Of a DNA stretch of 38,598 bases, positions 23,129 to 31,915 are shown in pieces (within the stretch, counting starts at the first letter, position 1; each line of letters opens with the position of its first letter). This stretch comes from a virus (Duplodnaviria; Caudoviricetes), in the IMG/VR virus record IMGVR_UViG_3300032212_000069, positions 1 to 38,598 of that record, one strand, 5' to 3'. The notes below the pieces were generated by a model. It worked only from the letters and a program-made list of their open reading frames with translations, had not been told where the DNA came from and did not search any database. Both the position numbers and the translations under genes were made by a program.

Positions 23129-23379
23129 GAACAGCGCATCTGTGGGTAAAAGACTTTAAGGTTAATTTCATATACCTGAGATTGGCCTAACTTAATAAGG
23201 GCTATCTCTGCAATGAGTCGAGAGTAGTCATCTTCATTTAGCCCTTGATTGATGTATTCGGCTGTATAAATACTTTGGCCTACCTGCATCCCTAAGAAAC
23301 CACAAGCATCGAAGTAGCGCGTAATATCGGCATATAATAGATTTGGTACGAGTAACAATAGAGCTAAAATGTATTTCAT
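23125..23379 (-). CDS. small exported protein
   Basis: MKYILALLLLVPNLLYA|D signal-peptide pattern; no lipobox. Confidence 0.6.
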   Translation of the reverse strand: MKYILALLLLVPNLLYADITRYFDACGFLGMQVGQSIYTAEYINQGLNEDDYSRLIAEIALIKLGQSQVYEINLKVFYPQMRCS

Positions 23380-23949
23380 TTAAACCTCCGCTAAGTAACC
23401 AGCCATGTTGTGATCGTCAAATACCCCATCAGCACCCTTTAACGTAGTTTCTTCGCGATCGTGCGTATAAGGGAAAAGAAAAGGGATATGCACCGGAATA
23501 TGAGGTATTGAATCGCCATCACGTACATATCTGCGTCCTTTGCATCGAGATGATAATTTGCATAGACCTTTCATGCCCGCTCTAGGTGCGCCAAAGGTCG
23601 TTAGTTCGGGCAGGAAGCCCTTTTTTACGAGGTAGGCGGCGTATATCTGCGCTAATGCACCCCCAAGGGAATGTCCTGTTAAAACGACCTGCTTGCCATT
23701 AATTCGGCTGTCTAGGGTCTTTATGAGGGGTCTGAGGGACTTTAGGAAGCCAGCATGACACCAGACTCCTATCTCTCTTGAGTACCAAGGGACGACTCTA
23801 ATGTCCGTGATAAAGTCTTCTGCTTCTTCTGTTCCTCTGAATGCTATGTAGAGAACATCAGGCTTTTCAACAACGAGGACTTGTGTGCTGTCTTCTGAGT
23901 ATGTTTCTTCTGTGTAGGAACGTAGGGAATATTCAGCCAGTACGCTCAT
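23380..23949 (-). CDS. class 3 lipase
   Basis: IAFRGT, HAGF, TGHSLGGALA, TFGAPR, GDSIPHIP, DHNMAGY. Confidence 0.92.
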   Translation of the reverse strand: MSVLAEYSLRSYTEETYSEDSTQVLVVEKPDVLYIAFRGTEEAEDFITDIRVVPWYSREIGVWCHAGFLKSLRPLIKTLDSRINGKQVVLTGHSLGGALAQIYAAYLVKKGFLPELTTFGAPRAGMKGLCKLSSRCKGRRYVRDGDSIPHIPVHIPFLFPYTHDREETTLKGADGVFDDHNMAGYLAEV

Positions 23950-24257
23950 TACATTCTGCCGTTGTGTAGCATGGAGTAATGATTGCCGTCGTTAAAGCGC
24001 CCTCCCCATCTATTCATTGGGTGTAGCGATTCCCAAAACTCGCCTAACTGTCTGTGATCTTCTGTTTGTGTGAGGTACTTACCATCTTTAAACAGGTTTA
24101 GATCGCCAGCTAGTTTTATGTAGTGGTTAGAGTTTGCTTTATGTCCGTTATTAGCAAGCACGTCACCCATTCTTATGCGGTATCCGTTGTTATAAGCGAA
24201 CATAATAAGCAAGGCAAAATTCATAGAGAATATTTCTTGCTTTTCACCAAGTCTCAT
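23949..24257 (-). CDS. endolysin, peptidase M15 family
   Basis: SNHYIKLAGDLNLF...WGGRFNDGNHYS. Confidence 0.88.
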   Translation of the reverse strand: MRLGEKQEIFSMNFALLIMFAYNNGYRIRMGDVLANNGHKANSNHYIKLAGDLNLFKDGKYLTQTEDHRQLGEFWESLHPMNRWGGRFNDGNHYSMLHNGRM

Positions 24258-24427
24258 TACGGATTCCGGTCTTTATACATAGCGATTATTCTGTAAACAA
24301 CCCATGTAATCGTAACGACTACAAGTATGGTGTCGAATATCGGGTTAAGAAGATTAAGCCATGCTGTTACGCCTGCTGGTACAACGCCAGCATCGGCAGC
24401 GTGTTTAACTTGGTCAGGGATGCTCAT
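24257..24427 (-). CDS. holin-like membrane protein, 56 aa
   Basis: Hand-translated MSIPDQVKHAADAGVVPAGVTAWLNLLNPIFDTILVVVTITWVVYRIIAMYKDRNP; coupled to the endolysin. Confidence 0.7.
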   Translation of the reverse strand: MSIPDQVKHAADAGVVPAGVTAWLNLLNPIFDTILVVVTITWVVYRIIAMYKDRNP

Positions 24428-24660
24428 TTAAACTTGACTTTGGCTTGGGATATTTCTACCTCTTTACTTGTACCTTTTAAGGCTGCAAGCTCATCAAACA
24501 TATATTCAATCAGCGGATCACTTGAAATACGCGCGTCAAAAGCGGCTTGCTTTTCTGCAATGACTTCTTCTGTTGTTTTTACGGGGGTAGGAACAAAGGT
24601 GTATTCTTCTTCGGTTACTTCACCTGTTTTTACGTTTTTAACAATTCTTAAAGCCTTCAT
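24424..24660 (-). CDS. small tail-fibre-associated protein
   Basis: ATGA-coupled directly after the tail fibre gene. Confidence 0.5.
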   Translation of the reverse strand: MKALRIVKNVKTGEVTEEEYTFVPTPVKTTEEVIAEKQAAFDARISSDPLIEYMFDELAALKGTSKEVEISQAKVKFK

Positions 24661-25874
24661 ACGTCACCTCTGTAAATGCGGATTTTAGTTCCGATGCCGA
24701 AACCGCCAGCCGCACCTACTGAGAAGCGCAAAGAAGTCAGGTTGGCTGTTAGCTCTGCATCTTTTGTTGCTACATATCCTAAAACCTCTACGCCAGAACC
24801 TATATACCTAGATATTTGAGATGCAGCACCAAAATACCTGCCTGTCATGTATCCCACATTGATAGTCGCCCTTGATAATTGATTTGCTGCCGACATACTA
24901 GAAATTTCAGATGCGTTAGTTCGCGCCGCCCCTGTCGTTGTCCCTACACCTTGCAGGAATTGGCTGTGATAATTTGTGGCGGTATAGTCACCATTGGCAT
25001 ATATAGATATAATCGCGGTCGCTACTCCATTATTCAAATGCTCAATTTCAACTCTATAAGATTTATGTTTATCTAAGTCTAAACCTGTAAAATCAATATT
25101 AGTGGCTGCACTACCTGTTACTTCATGCTCTGCTAATAGGCTTCTATTAGGCGAAGCGGTACAACGCCAATCACCAGAGGCATATTCAACAAACTCTAAT
25201 TCATCACCTGCGGTTGTTGTTATGTCTAAACCATTAGGGAGTATTAAGTCTGTGGCGTGATGAGTAAGCGTTAAAGAATCATCAAAATGTAATTTAATGA
25301 CCGAACCTACGCCTAGTGAGTCAAAGGACGTTATATCGGTTGTGCCTGTTACATCAAAGTAGTTGCCATCAGATATTAAGGGTAAGGCTGCGGCACTAGC
25401 TACATCAGCGCCCTTATTAAGTGTGTTAAGCCCTGTGAATACGTTAGTGTTGGCTAGTTTCGCCACATGCTCGGGGATTGAGTCACTAGGGGATAAGATA
25501 CCTAGTTCAACAGAGGCTAATGAACCTGACAAGGAACCAGAATCTAGCACAACCGTTATTGTCGTATTAGGGGAAGAGTAAGACGATACCGAGATATAGC
25601 CATATAAAGTAGTCGCATCAACACACTTAATTCTTCGGTTAACGGAGTAGTCTGCGGTTACATCTGTAGGAATGGTGAACGATGTGGCAGATACGTAAGT
25701 AGGTGTATGGCCTCTATCGAACCACTCTGCTTGTTCCCATTGAGTGCGTACCGATGCCATAACTTCGCGGGCAGAATCATTAACTCCGCTAGGAGGCATA
25801 CCCTCTGGGAAGCCATCAGGTGAAGCTGAACTATTACTGGCTGCGGTTTTTGACCATGTGCTTATACTGGACAT
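24657..25874 (-). CDS. tail fibre / receptor-binding protein
   Basis: Ser/Thr-rich; N-terminal WSKTAASN...PEGMPPSGVNDSAR anchor; position after the ejection genes. Confidence 0.75.
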   Translation of the reverse strand: MSSISTWSKTAASNSSASPDGFPEGMPPSGVNDSAREVMASVRTQWEQAEWFDRGHTPTYVSATSFTIPTDVTADYSVNRRIKCVDATTLYGYISVSSYSSPNTTITVVLDSGSLSGSLASVELGILSPSDSIPEHVAKLANTNVFTGLNTLNKGADVASAAALPLISDGNYFDVTGTTDITSFDSLGVGSVIKLHFDDSLTLTHHATDLILPNGLDITTTAGDELEFVEYASGDWRCTASPNRSLLAEHEVTGSAATNIDFTGLDLDKHKSYRVEIEHLNNGVATAIISIYANGDYTATNYHSQFLQGVGTTTGAARTNASEISSMSAANQLSRATINVGYMTGRYFGAASQISRYIGSGVEVLGYVATKDAELTANLTSLRFSVGAAGGFGIGTKIRIYRGDV

Positions 25875-25913
25875 TTATAGCCTCTTGATGTAAGGTGTGT
25901 AAAAGGAGGTTTT

Positions 25914-26006
25914 ATGGATTACTTAATTGCTGGATTGCTGGTTGTTCTTTGTGTGATTTGTAAAGCCGTGCTTAATACCCTAAATGAGATTAGAGAAGCT
26001 CTTTAG
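25914..26006 (+). CDS. 30-aa membrane peptide antisense to the late operon (candidate superinfection exclusion)
   Basis: MDYLIAGLLVVLCVICKAVLNTLNEIREAL; AAGGAGGT SD; TGGACA-17-TAAGGT promoter candidate at 25868-25896. Confidence 0.65.
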   Translation: MDYLIAGLLVVLCVICKAVLNTLNEIREAL

Positions 26007-28687
26007 TCGGATTCTTCTGTTGCCCCTGCTAGCCAGCCTATAATTGCTTTCTGCGCCTTTTCCTGACGAGGTAGGGTTGCTGTGTTTTTGGTTAAGAGAG
26101 CCTCTAATAATTTCGGGTCGTCTACTGCATCCGTAAGTATTTGAGTTACCCTGCCCTGCGTGAAACTTTCCAACGCCTCTTGGAATCTCTTTGAGCCAGT
26201 TTGTGCTGATTTAAGAGAGCCTGCTCCACCAACGCCTACCGCCTTACCGCCAACAATACCCGCCTTTGTTCCAATAAAAGTAAATATTGTGTCTAAAATC
26301 TTGCTGGCTTTTTGTCCTGAAACAGAGCTACCGACATTAGGGAGGCTGTCTACTTGGTTTTTCTCAAGCGTATTGATAATGGTATTTAGCCGTCGCATCT
26401 TGTCTTTGTTTACAGGGATTGATAGTAGCTGCTTGTTTGCCTCATATAGATTTCGCATCTTCTTGGCGTTATGCACAGCGAAGCCTGCTGCATCTTCTGT
26501 ACCCTTCTCTAATGAGTTCTTCATGATCCATTTGATCGCGTCCGAGGCTAACCCCTCTCTTCCTACGTCGTCGGCTTCGGCATAAAGTGATCTCATCGCT
26601 TTAATTGGATTGGGGTCATCAAGAATTGTATTCATTGCGTTTTTGGGTTTCGCTGTAGAGAATTTACCCTGCAAAGATTTATCTAGTGCTGTCGCTTCGG
26701 CCTTGGCTGAGGATCTTGTTGACGCAAGGCTTTCAGATGCAGCTATACCCTCTTCTAACGCCCTTCTGACCTGCGGGAATTGCGCCAAAAGTTCTTCGTT
26801 GGATCTAATGAACTTGTCTGCTGCGCGAGGATTCACAACCCCGTCTTTAATCACTGTTGAGTTTTCTATTTTAGCTAATAGGTGCTGCTCAATATTTTGA
26901 GGGTTGCCGCCAGCTTTTATGATTGCCTCTGACCCTAGAGCGCCTTTAATGCCTGTGCCTACCCCTTTTTCAAGGAATAATTCTGGAGAGGTCTTCGCGC
27001 CACCATCCTTACCAAAACCTAGCAGTTTTCCTACTTCGCCTTTTGTGTAGGTTTCATTTAATGCTCTTGATACGCCTACGGCATATTTAACTTCTTTTCT
27101 AGCTACTTTAGAAACGTCCTCAAGCAAATCGTCGCTTATATTCTTCAATATACGCGCTTGGTTGTATTCTCCATTCGCCCTGTGTTTAGCTGCCATCTGT
27201 CCCAATTCAGACCGAAAGGTGTTGATTTCTGTTACGGTTGAATTTTTTGATAATGCGCCGGCAACGAATTTCCCATTCTTGAACTCCCCCAGGAACTCTC
27301 TAACATAAGGAGGTATGTCGTTCTCTGGGCTTGTGCGAGATCGCTTACTAAGCATAATCCTGTAATTACTGATTGTGCTGTCAACAGGCGCTTTAAGTGT
27401 TTCAGGTATCTCATTCCATGCCTTGGTTTCTTTTGCCCTTGCTCTGAGAAGTGAAGCTGACACTTCTTCTTCGACCAGTTGACTAGATACTGATCGCGGG
27501 GTATTGGGCTTTAATTCAGATGCTTTGGCTTCCGCGTTGGCTAACGACACTCGCAGGTCTTCTTCTAATCCTGCTTTCGTTCTAGCGATGTTATTGGCGA
27601 TACCTTCTTGAGTTTTTGTTATCTTGCCGCCACTTGATAATTTTTCAGCCTCTTCTCTAGCAATCTGGTTGACTCTTGCAGTATCTTGATTGCCTTTTAA
27701 TTCAAGCGCAGGATCTTTGCTTCTGACTAATTTTTCTTGAGCCAGAAGGTGTTTGTCGCCTGATTTTTTAGCAGGAGATAATGGGGCTTCTTTTAAAGTG
27801 TCTCCATAACGCAAATTCCTTAAAGCGGCTTGAGAGTCTTCGATAAGCGATTGGACTCTATTCTCTGCTCTTATTGTCCCGCCTTTCTGTGTTCCTGCCG
27901 CAAGCTCTTTGGTTAGCCAATCAAGGCTTGATTTAGCCACTTTAGCTACTGGGCTAAACTGCTGAACACCTTTTACTACGGCGAGGGGAGATAATGGTGC
28001 TGCTAGTGCGCCAACAGCAGACCCCAGTTGAGGATGATTTGGGGAAACATCTTCCCCGAACTTAGATCCAACCCCAGCTAAGGTAGAAACACCTGCATCA
28101 ATCGCCGCCGCGCTACGGGGGGAGTTTAAATAAGGGTTGATAATAGTGTTCTTAATGTTGGTTAATGCGCTACCAGACCTTGCTGCTGTGTTGCTTGCAG
28201 CGACCCCTTGTGTTCCTGCTGTTGATGCTCCACCCAGCCAACTAGGTAGGCTGTTTCTGACGTTGTTTAAAAGCCCACCTGATTTGCTGGCAGCGACTGT
28301 ACCTGTGCCTGCGCCGAATCCTAATCCGTATTTAATAAATTCCCCGGCTCGCTCTGGGTATGTTTCAGCTTTCTTGATCGTGCCGATACCTGTTAGGTTT
28401 TTAAAGTAATCAGAGCCATAGTCGGCTTTAATGTCCTTGCCATGTATGCTGCTTTGAATCCAGGCCGCGAGATCGCTAGGCGCTCCCAGAACGTCTGGGA
28501 CTAAGTTATTAACCTGAGAAGCAAGTCCAACAGAATGATCCATAAGAGAAGGAGTCTCTTTAGGTGCTTGAGGTTTAGGTGGCTTGTAAGTCATTACCTT
28601 GCCGCCAGAGTCTTTTACCTTAAAGCCGCCCTCTACATCCTCTAGTCGCTCGTATTCCTGACCATTAATCATTACTTTATTGGTCAT
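26003..28687 (-). CDS. large ejection (DNA transfer) protein
   Basis: 894 aa, Ala/Gly/Lys-rich and helical; third of three genes in the P22 gp7/20/16-like position. Confidence 0.7.
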   Translation of the reverse strand: MTNKVMINGQEYERLEDVEGGFKVKDSGGKVMTYKPPKPQAPKETPSLMDHSVGLASQVNNLVPDVLGAPSDLAAWIQSSIHGKDIKADYGSDYFKNLTGIGTIKKAETYPERAGEFIKYGLGFGAGTGTVAASKSGGLLNNVRNSLPSWLGGASTAGTQGVAASNTAARSGSALTNIKNTIINPYLNSPRSAAAIDAGVSTLAGVGSKFGEDVSPNHPQLGSAVGALAAPLSPLAVVKGVQQFSPVAKVAKSSLDWLTKELAAGTQKGGTIRAENRVQSLIEDSQAALRNLRYGDTLKEAPLSPAKKSGDKHLLAQEKLVRSKDPALELKGNQDTARVNQIAREEAEKLSSGGKITKTQEGIANNIARTKAGLEEDLRVSLANAEAKASELKPNTPRSVSSQLVEEEVSASLLRARAKETKAWNEIPETLKAPVDSTISNYRIMLSKRSRTSPENDIPPYVREFLGEFKNGKFVAGALSKNSTVTEINTFRSELGQMAAKHRANGEYNQARILKNISDDLLEDVSKVARKEVKYAVGVSRALNETYTKGEVGKLLGFGKDGGAKTSPELFLEKGVGTGIKGALGSEAIIKAGGNPQNIEQHLLAKIENSTVIKDGVVNPRAADKFIRSNEELLAQFPQVRRALEEGIAASESLASTRSSAKAEATALDKSLQGKFSTAKPKNAMNTILDDPNPIKAMRSLYAEADDVGREGLASDAIKWIMKNSLEKGTEDAAGFAVHNAKKMRNLYEANKQLLSIPVNKDKMRRLNTIINTLEKNQVDSLPNVGSSVSGQKASKILDTIFTFIGTKAGIVGGKAVGVGGAGSLKSAQTGSKRFQEALESFTQGRVTQILTDAVDDPKLLEALLTKNTATLPRQEKAQKAIIGWLAGATEESD

Positions 28688-29847
28688 TCAAGTGTGCCTC
28701 CTGTGAATGATTGGACTTTAGGCGGGATGATGTGATCTATATTTAGCTTGCGATCTTTAGCGATTCCCTTGTAATAAGATTCGCGTTCATTAAGAACAGG
28801 CGTGTAAATACCGTCTCTAAACTGAGTAAGCGTGGCAATAATATCTGCGCGAGCTTCGTCAGAGTATTGACCGCTGAACGCTTTATTAAATGCTGTCTTG
28901 ATTTTGGTATCAAGCGCACCAAAGTTACCGAACTTCTCAAGTTCTGCTTGTGCGCGAACATTGGTATCAACAACTTGTGATAATGCTTGTTGTAGAAGAA
29001 CGTCAGATAATGGGTTTTGAGATTCGGCTGCTTGAATAGCAATGTCAATATTTCTCAATGCGCCTTTAACTGGTTTAGTTTCCTTTTCATACCTTACAGC
29101 TATGTCGTCCGTATTCTTGATTTCATGTTTGTTTCTTGAAAACTCAAACTGCCTCTCTTTGAAATCCATGTTTTCTCCATGTCTGCTCTGAACTCCTTGA
29201 GCGTTTGATTCAATATGCCTGTTGTCATACATTGTTGGGGACACTTCACCTGTGGAGCGATTCCCCGTAAAAACTCCGTTACCTGTATTTAAGAAGCTAA
29301 ATTTATTGCCCGATCTCTGTGGCGTTGAGTAAGGGGCTTGTCCGTTAGCTTGCGCTGCGGTTCCGTATTTAGGATTGCCTTGCTCGTCAAGATACTTATA
29401 CTGAGCGCCTAGCGGCTGCTGTTTCATCAAAGCAATACCCGCAGATGGATTGTCTTGCATCATTAAGAGGCCAAGATTGGCTCGTTCTGATTGGTCTATT
29501 GCTCCATCGGAAAGGATACCCGATCCTTCTTGTGTGATGGTTGAGTTGCCTTGTAGTGGCGCTTCTCCCGGGAATGTATCGGCTTCAAAGTTCTCTGTCT
29601 GCTGTTGTTGTCCGATGAATTGTGACAGTTTGGCCTGACGCTGACGCTTCGCTTCACGCTCCTGTTTCCGGTCTTCAATGTCGGCAAGGCGAGCCTCTAA
29701 CAGCTTGTTCTTCATTTTGTTGTCTTGATGACGCTGTAACATTTGGAAGCCATTAGCAAGTCCCGCACCGGGTGCTTGACCTTGTGCGCCTGCTTGTAAA
29801 AGACCTAGACTTAACTGAGTAAGCGGGTTATTTAAAAATCCCTTCAC
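28684..29847 (-). CDS. ejection protein
   Basis: Gln-rich, N-terminal LSLGLLQAG; position. Confidence 0.65.
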   Translation of the reverse strand: MKGFLNNPLTQLSLGLLQAGAQGQAPGAGLANGFQMLQRHQDNKMKNKLLEARLADIEDRKQEREAKRQRQAKLSQFIGQQQQTENFEADTFPGEAPLQGNSTITQEGSGILSDGAIDQSERANLGLLMMQDNPSAGIALMKQQPLGAQYKYLDEQGNPKYGTAAQANGQAPYSTPQRSGNKFSFLNTGNGVFTGNRSTGEVSPTMYDNRHIESNAQGVQSRHGENMDFKERQFEFSRNKHEIKNTDDIAVRYEKETKPVKGALRNIDIAIQAAESQNPLSDVLLQQALSQVVDTNVRAQAELEKFGNFGALDTKIKTAFNKAFSGQYSDEARADIIATLTQFRDGIYTPVLNERESYYKGIAKDRKLNIDHIIPPKVQSFTGGTLE

Positions 29848-30668
29848 GAGAACAATCCTCCTAAAAAGCTGCCACTTCCTCCCCCAAAGGCCGAAAGCCC
29901 CAGACCCAATAATCCTAACCCTGTTGATGTTCCGTTAGTGGGTGTTTCTGAGGTTGATTGAGAGCCATAATTACCGCCGACAAAGTTTGTGTAATCAGCA
30001 AGTCTTTGCTTGTCTTGTGAGTAAGGATCGTTAAAGTCATGACGGGCTTTTTGCTCATCAATGAATCTCTGACCCATTGCTTGACGTGCATCACCCGCTT
30101 GGGCTAGTTGAGCAATATCGAAGTAATCTTGATTAGCTAGTTGAGGGGCGTATGAGGCTGCTCTGAGTTGGTTAGTCCGTTCATTACGGTAATTGTCGCC
30201 GTAGAACTGTCCTGCTGCCTGACCTATCTTGTCAGCTATTTCTGACTTGTGAAGCCCCGATCCATAACGACCTGCTTTAGAGAAGTTTGAATTGATGCTG
30301 CTGTTGATCTTATCTTCTACTCGGGAGAACTCCTGATCTAAGTAAGGGTTAGCGCCTAAGTAATCACCTGATAAAGTTGAGTCGATCTGTTGCTGAGACT
30401 TACCGACTAAAGGAGAACCATTTAAAGCACGATTGGTCTGTGCAGTAAGAGCATAAGCCTGTTCTGGCGCAAAGGGGGCAAATGTCTGACCCGGGTAAAA
30501 TTGCTGGAATTGAGAATTGTATAAATCTTCCGCTCGCTCAAAGCCGCGATCTAAGTAAGGCTGTTGTGCAGAATAAGGCTCTACAGTCTGAGTCTGTGAC
30601 TGACCGCCTCCACCACCCCCGAAAGAGAAAGGAGCAAAAAGCTGTTTATAAAATTCTAAAATCATCAT
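29844..30668 (-). CDS. ejection/pilot protein
   Basis: GGGGGGQSQTQT N-terminus, NPYL motif, Gly/Leu hydrophobic C-terminus. Confidence 0.7.
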   Translation of the reverse strand: MMILEFYKQLFAPFSFGGGGGGQSQTQTVEPYSAQQPYLDRGFERAEDLYNSQFQQFYPGQTFAPFAPEQAYALTAQTNRALNGSPLVGKSQQQIDSTLSGDYLGANPYLDQEFSRVEDKINSSINSNFSKAGRYGSGLHKSEIADKIGQAAGQFYGDNYRNERTNQLRAASYAPQLANQDYFDIAQLAQAGDARQAMGQRFIDEQKARHDFNDPYSQDKQRLADYTNFVGGNYGSQSTSETPTNGTSTGLGLLGLGLSAFGGGSGSFLGGLFS

Positions 30669-31066
30669 AATACCTCTGTGTCAAAAAAGGACATTTCTTT
30701 TTGTGGCTTGAATTTCTTTACCCATCCACGTCTTCCATAAATTCTTACTGACGCACATCCGGTGTCTTTTGCGAATTTCTTTAGGTCTTCCATTACCTCG
30801 ATCCAATTAACCTTTCCGTCTTTACCGCCTGCGAACATGGCAACTAGAACTTTTCTTAGTGGATAAATTTGAATCTCAGTAACCACAAATCCGTCTATGT
30901 TTTGCGTTACCCATAACTGCATCTTTGCTTGCTTGCAGTAATACTTGATGTGGTCGTGAGAGTAGTCAGGTTCTTCTTTTAAAACGCCTCTCATCAATCC
31001 AATGACTTGAGGCCATACTTCATCTATCTGTGAGGATTGAATCCCTACTAGGTTAGAACTTGCCAA
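30665..31066 (-). CDS. GNAT-like virion assembly protein
   Basis: QLWV...VVTEI...FAKDTGCASVRIYGRRGW; position before the ejection genes. Confidence 0.6.
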   Translation of the reverse strand: MASSNLVGIQSSQIDEVWPQVIGLMRGVLKEEPDYSHDHIKYYCKQAKMQLWVTQNIDGFVVTEIQIYPLRKVLVAMFAGGKDGKVNWIEVMEDLKKFAKDTGCASVRIYGRRGWVKKFKPQKEMSFFDTEVL

Positions 31067-31598
31067 ACGGGTTTCTTGCAGTTGGGTTTATGCCGTTACC
31101 GTATAAGGGGTTGGCGTAAGCGTTCTGGAAGTTAAAGCCGTGATATTTGCCCGTCTCAACTGGTCTATTTAGGATGTTTGAAATACCCTGATATAAAGGC
31201 GACTCAAAAGGGTTCTGACCAATATCTTGAAGGCCGGGATTAACTACGCCGTTCTCTTCGCCTAAGTTTGTGAAGGTTTGTTGGATGGGCTGTTCAAAAG
31301 GATTTGCCGATTGAACTGGTGCTGGTGCTTGTTGTGGTTGTGAACCATAGCCAATATAAGCGCCAGCCTCATCGCCTGAATCAGCGCCTTGTTGACCATA
31401 TCCGTATTGTTGTACGAAGTCAGATATTAAGGGTTGATTGCCTAGCTTATTTTGCTTGCCGCTCCATCTATCCCAATCTGCTTTTAGTTGATTAGTCCAA
31501 CGGTCTGTCGCAAGTTTGCCGTTTTTGTTATCTGAAAAATAGCCATCCCTGAGAGCTAGGTATTGGCCTGCATCATCGTAAACAATTCCGTTATTCAT
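31053..31598 (-). CDS. low-complexity (Asn/Gln/Gly/Pro) virion-associated protein
   Basis: Coupled ORF in the tail operon; contains NPF repeats. Confidence 0.5.
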   Translation of the reverse strand: MNNGIVYDDAGQYLALRDGYFSDNKNGKLATDRWTNQLKADWDRWSGKQNKLGNQPLISDFVQQYGYGQQGADSGDEAGAYIGYGSQPQQAPAPVQSANPFEQPIQQTFTNLGEENGVVNPGLQDIGQNPFESPLYQGISNILNRPVETGKYHGFNFQNAYANPLYGNGINPTARNPFGKF

Positions 31599-31915
31599 CC
31601 TGTCACCATATAGTTGAAAGTTCTGTCTGTGGTTGCTGCGTTAGCGTGTGTAATTGTGAAATCCCCATCACCTGCAACGATGTAAGGAGACTCCCCTGCT
31701 GCGTTTGATGTAGTGGCTGTTAGAAATATTGAAGAGTCAGGGGATACAACTGAGTTTGTCACTGTTGTGGTAGTGACGTTCTCAGTTAAAGTCACTTCGC
31801 CTGTATTGTTTGTTTTCCCATCCATCATGTTGTTGATGATGTTGGCGAGAGTGCGAAGGTGTATAGAAACTGAATTTGCGTGGATGGGGGCTTTGTTGAA
31901 ACTGGACTTACTCAT
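31595..31915 (-). CDS. small tail protein
   Basis: GKTNNTGEVTL...FTITHAN...DRTFNY; follows the nozzle gene. Confidence 0.6.
   Translation of the reverse strand: MSKSSFNKAPIHANSVSIHLRTLANIINNMMDGKTNNTGEVTLTENVTTTTVTNSVVSPDSSIFLTATTSNAAGESPYIVAGDGDFTITHANAATTDRTFNYMVTG

Noticed and set aside
24657-25874. Diversity-generating retroelement or invertible tail-fibre system
   Set aside because: No reverse transcriptase, invertase or template/variable repeat pair seen
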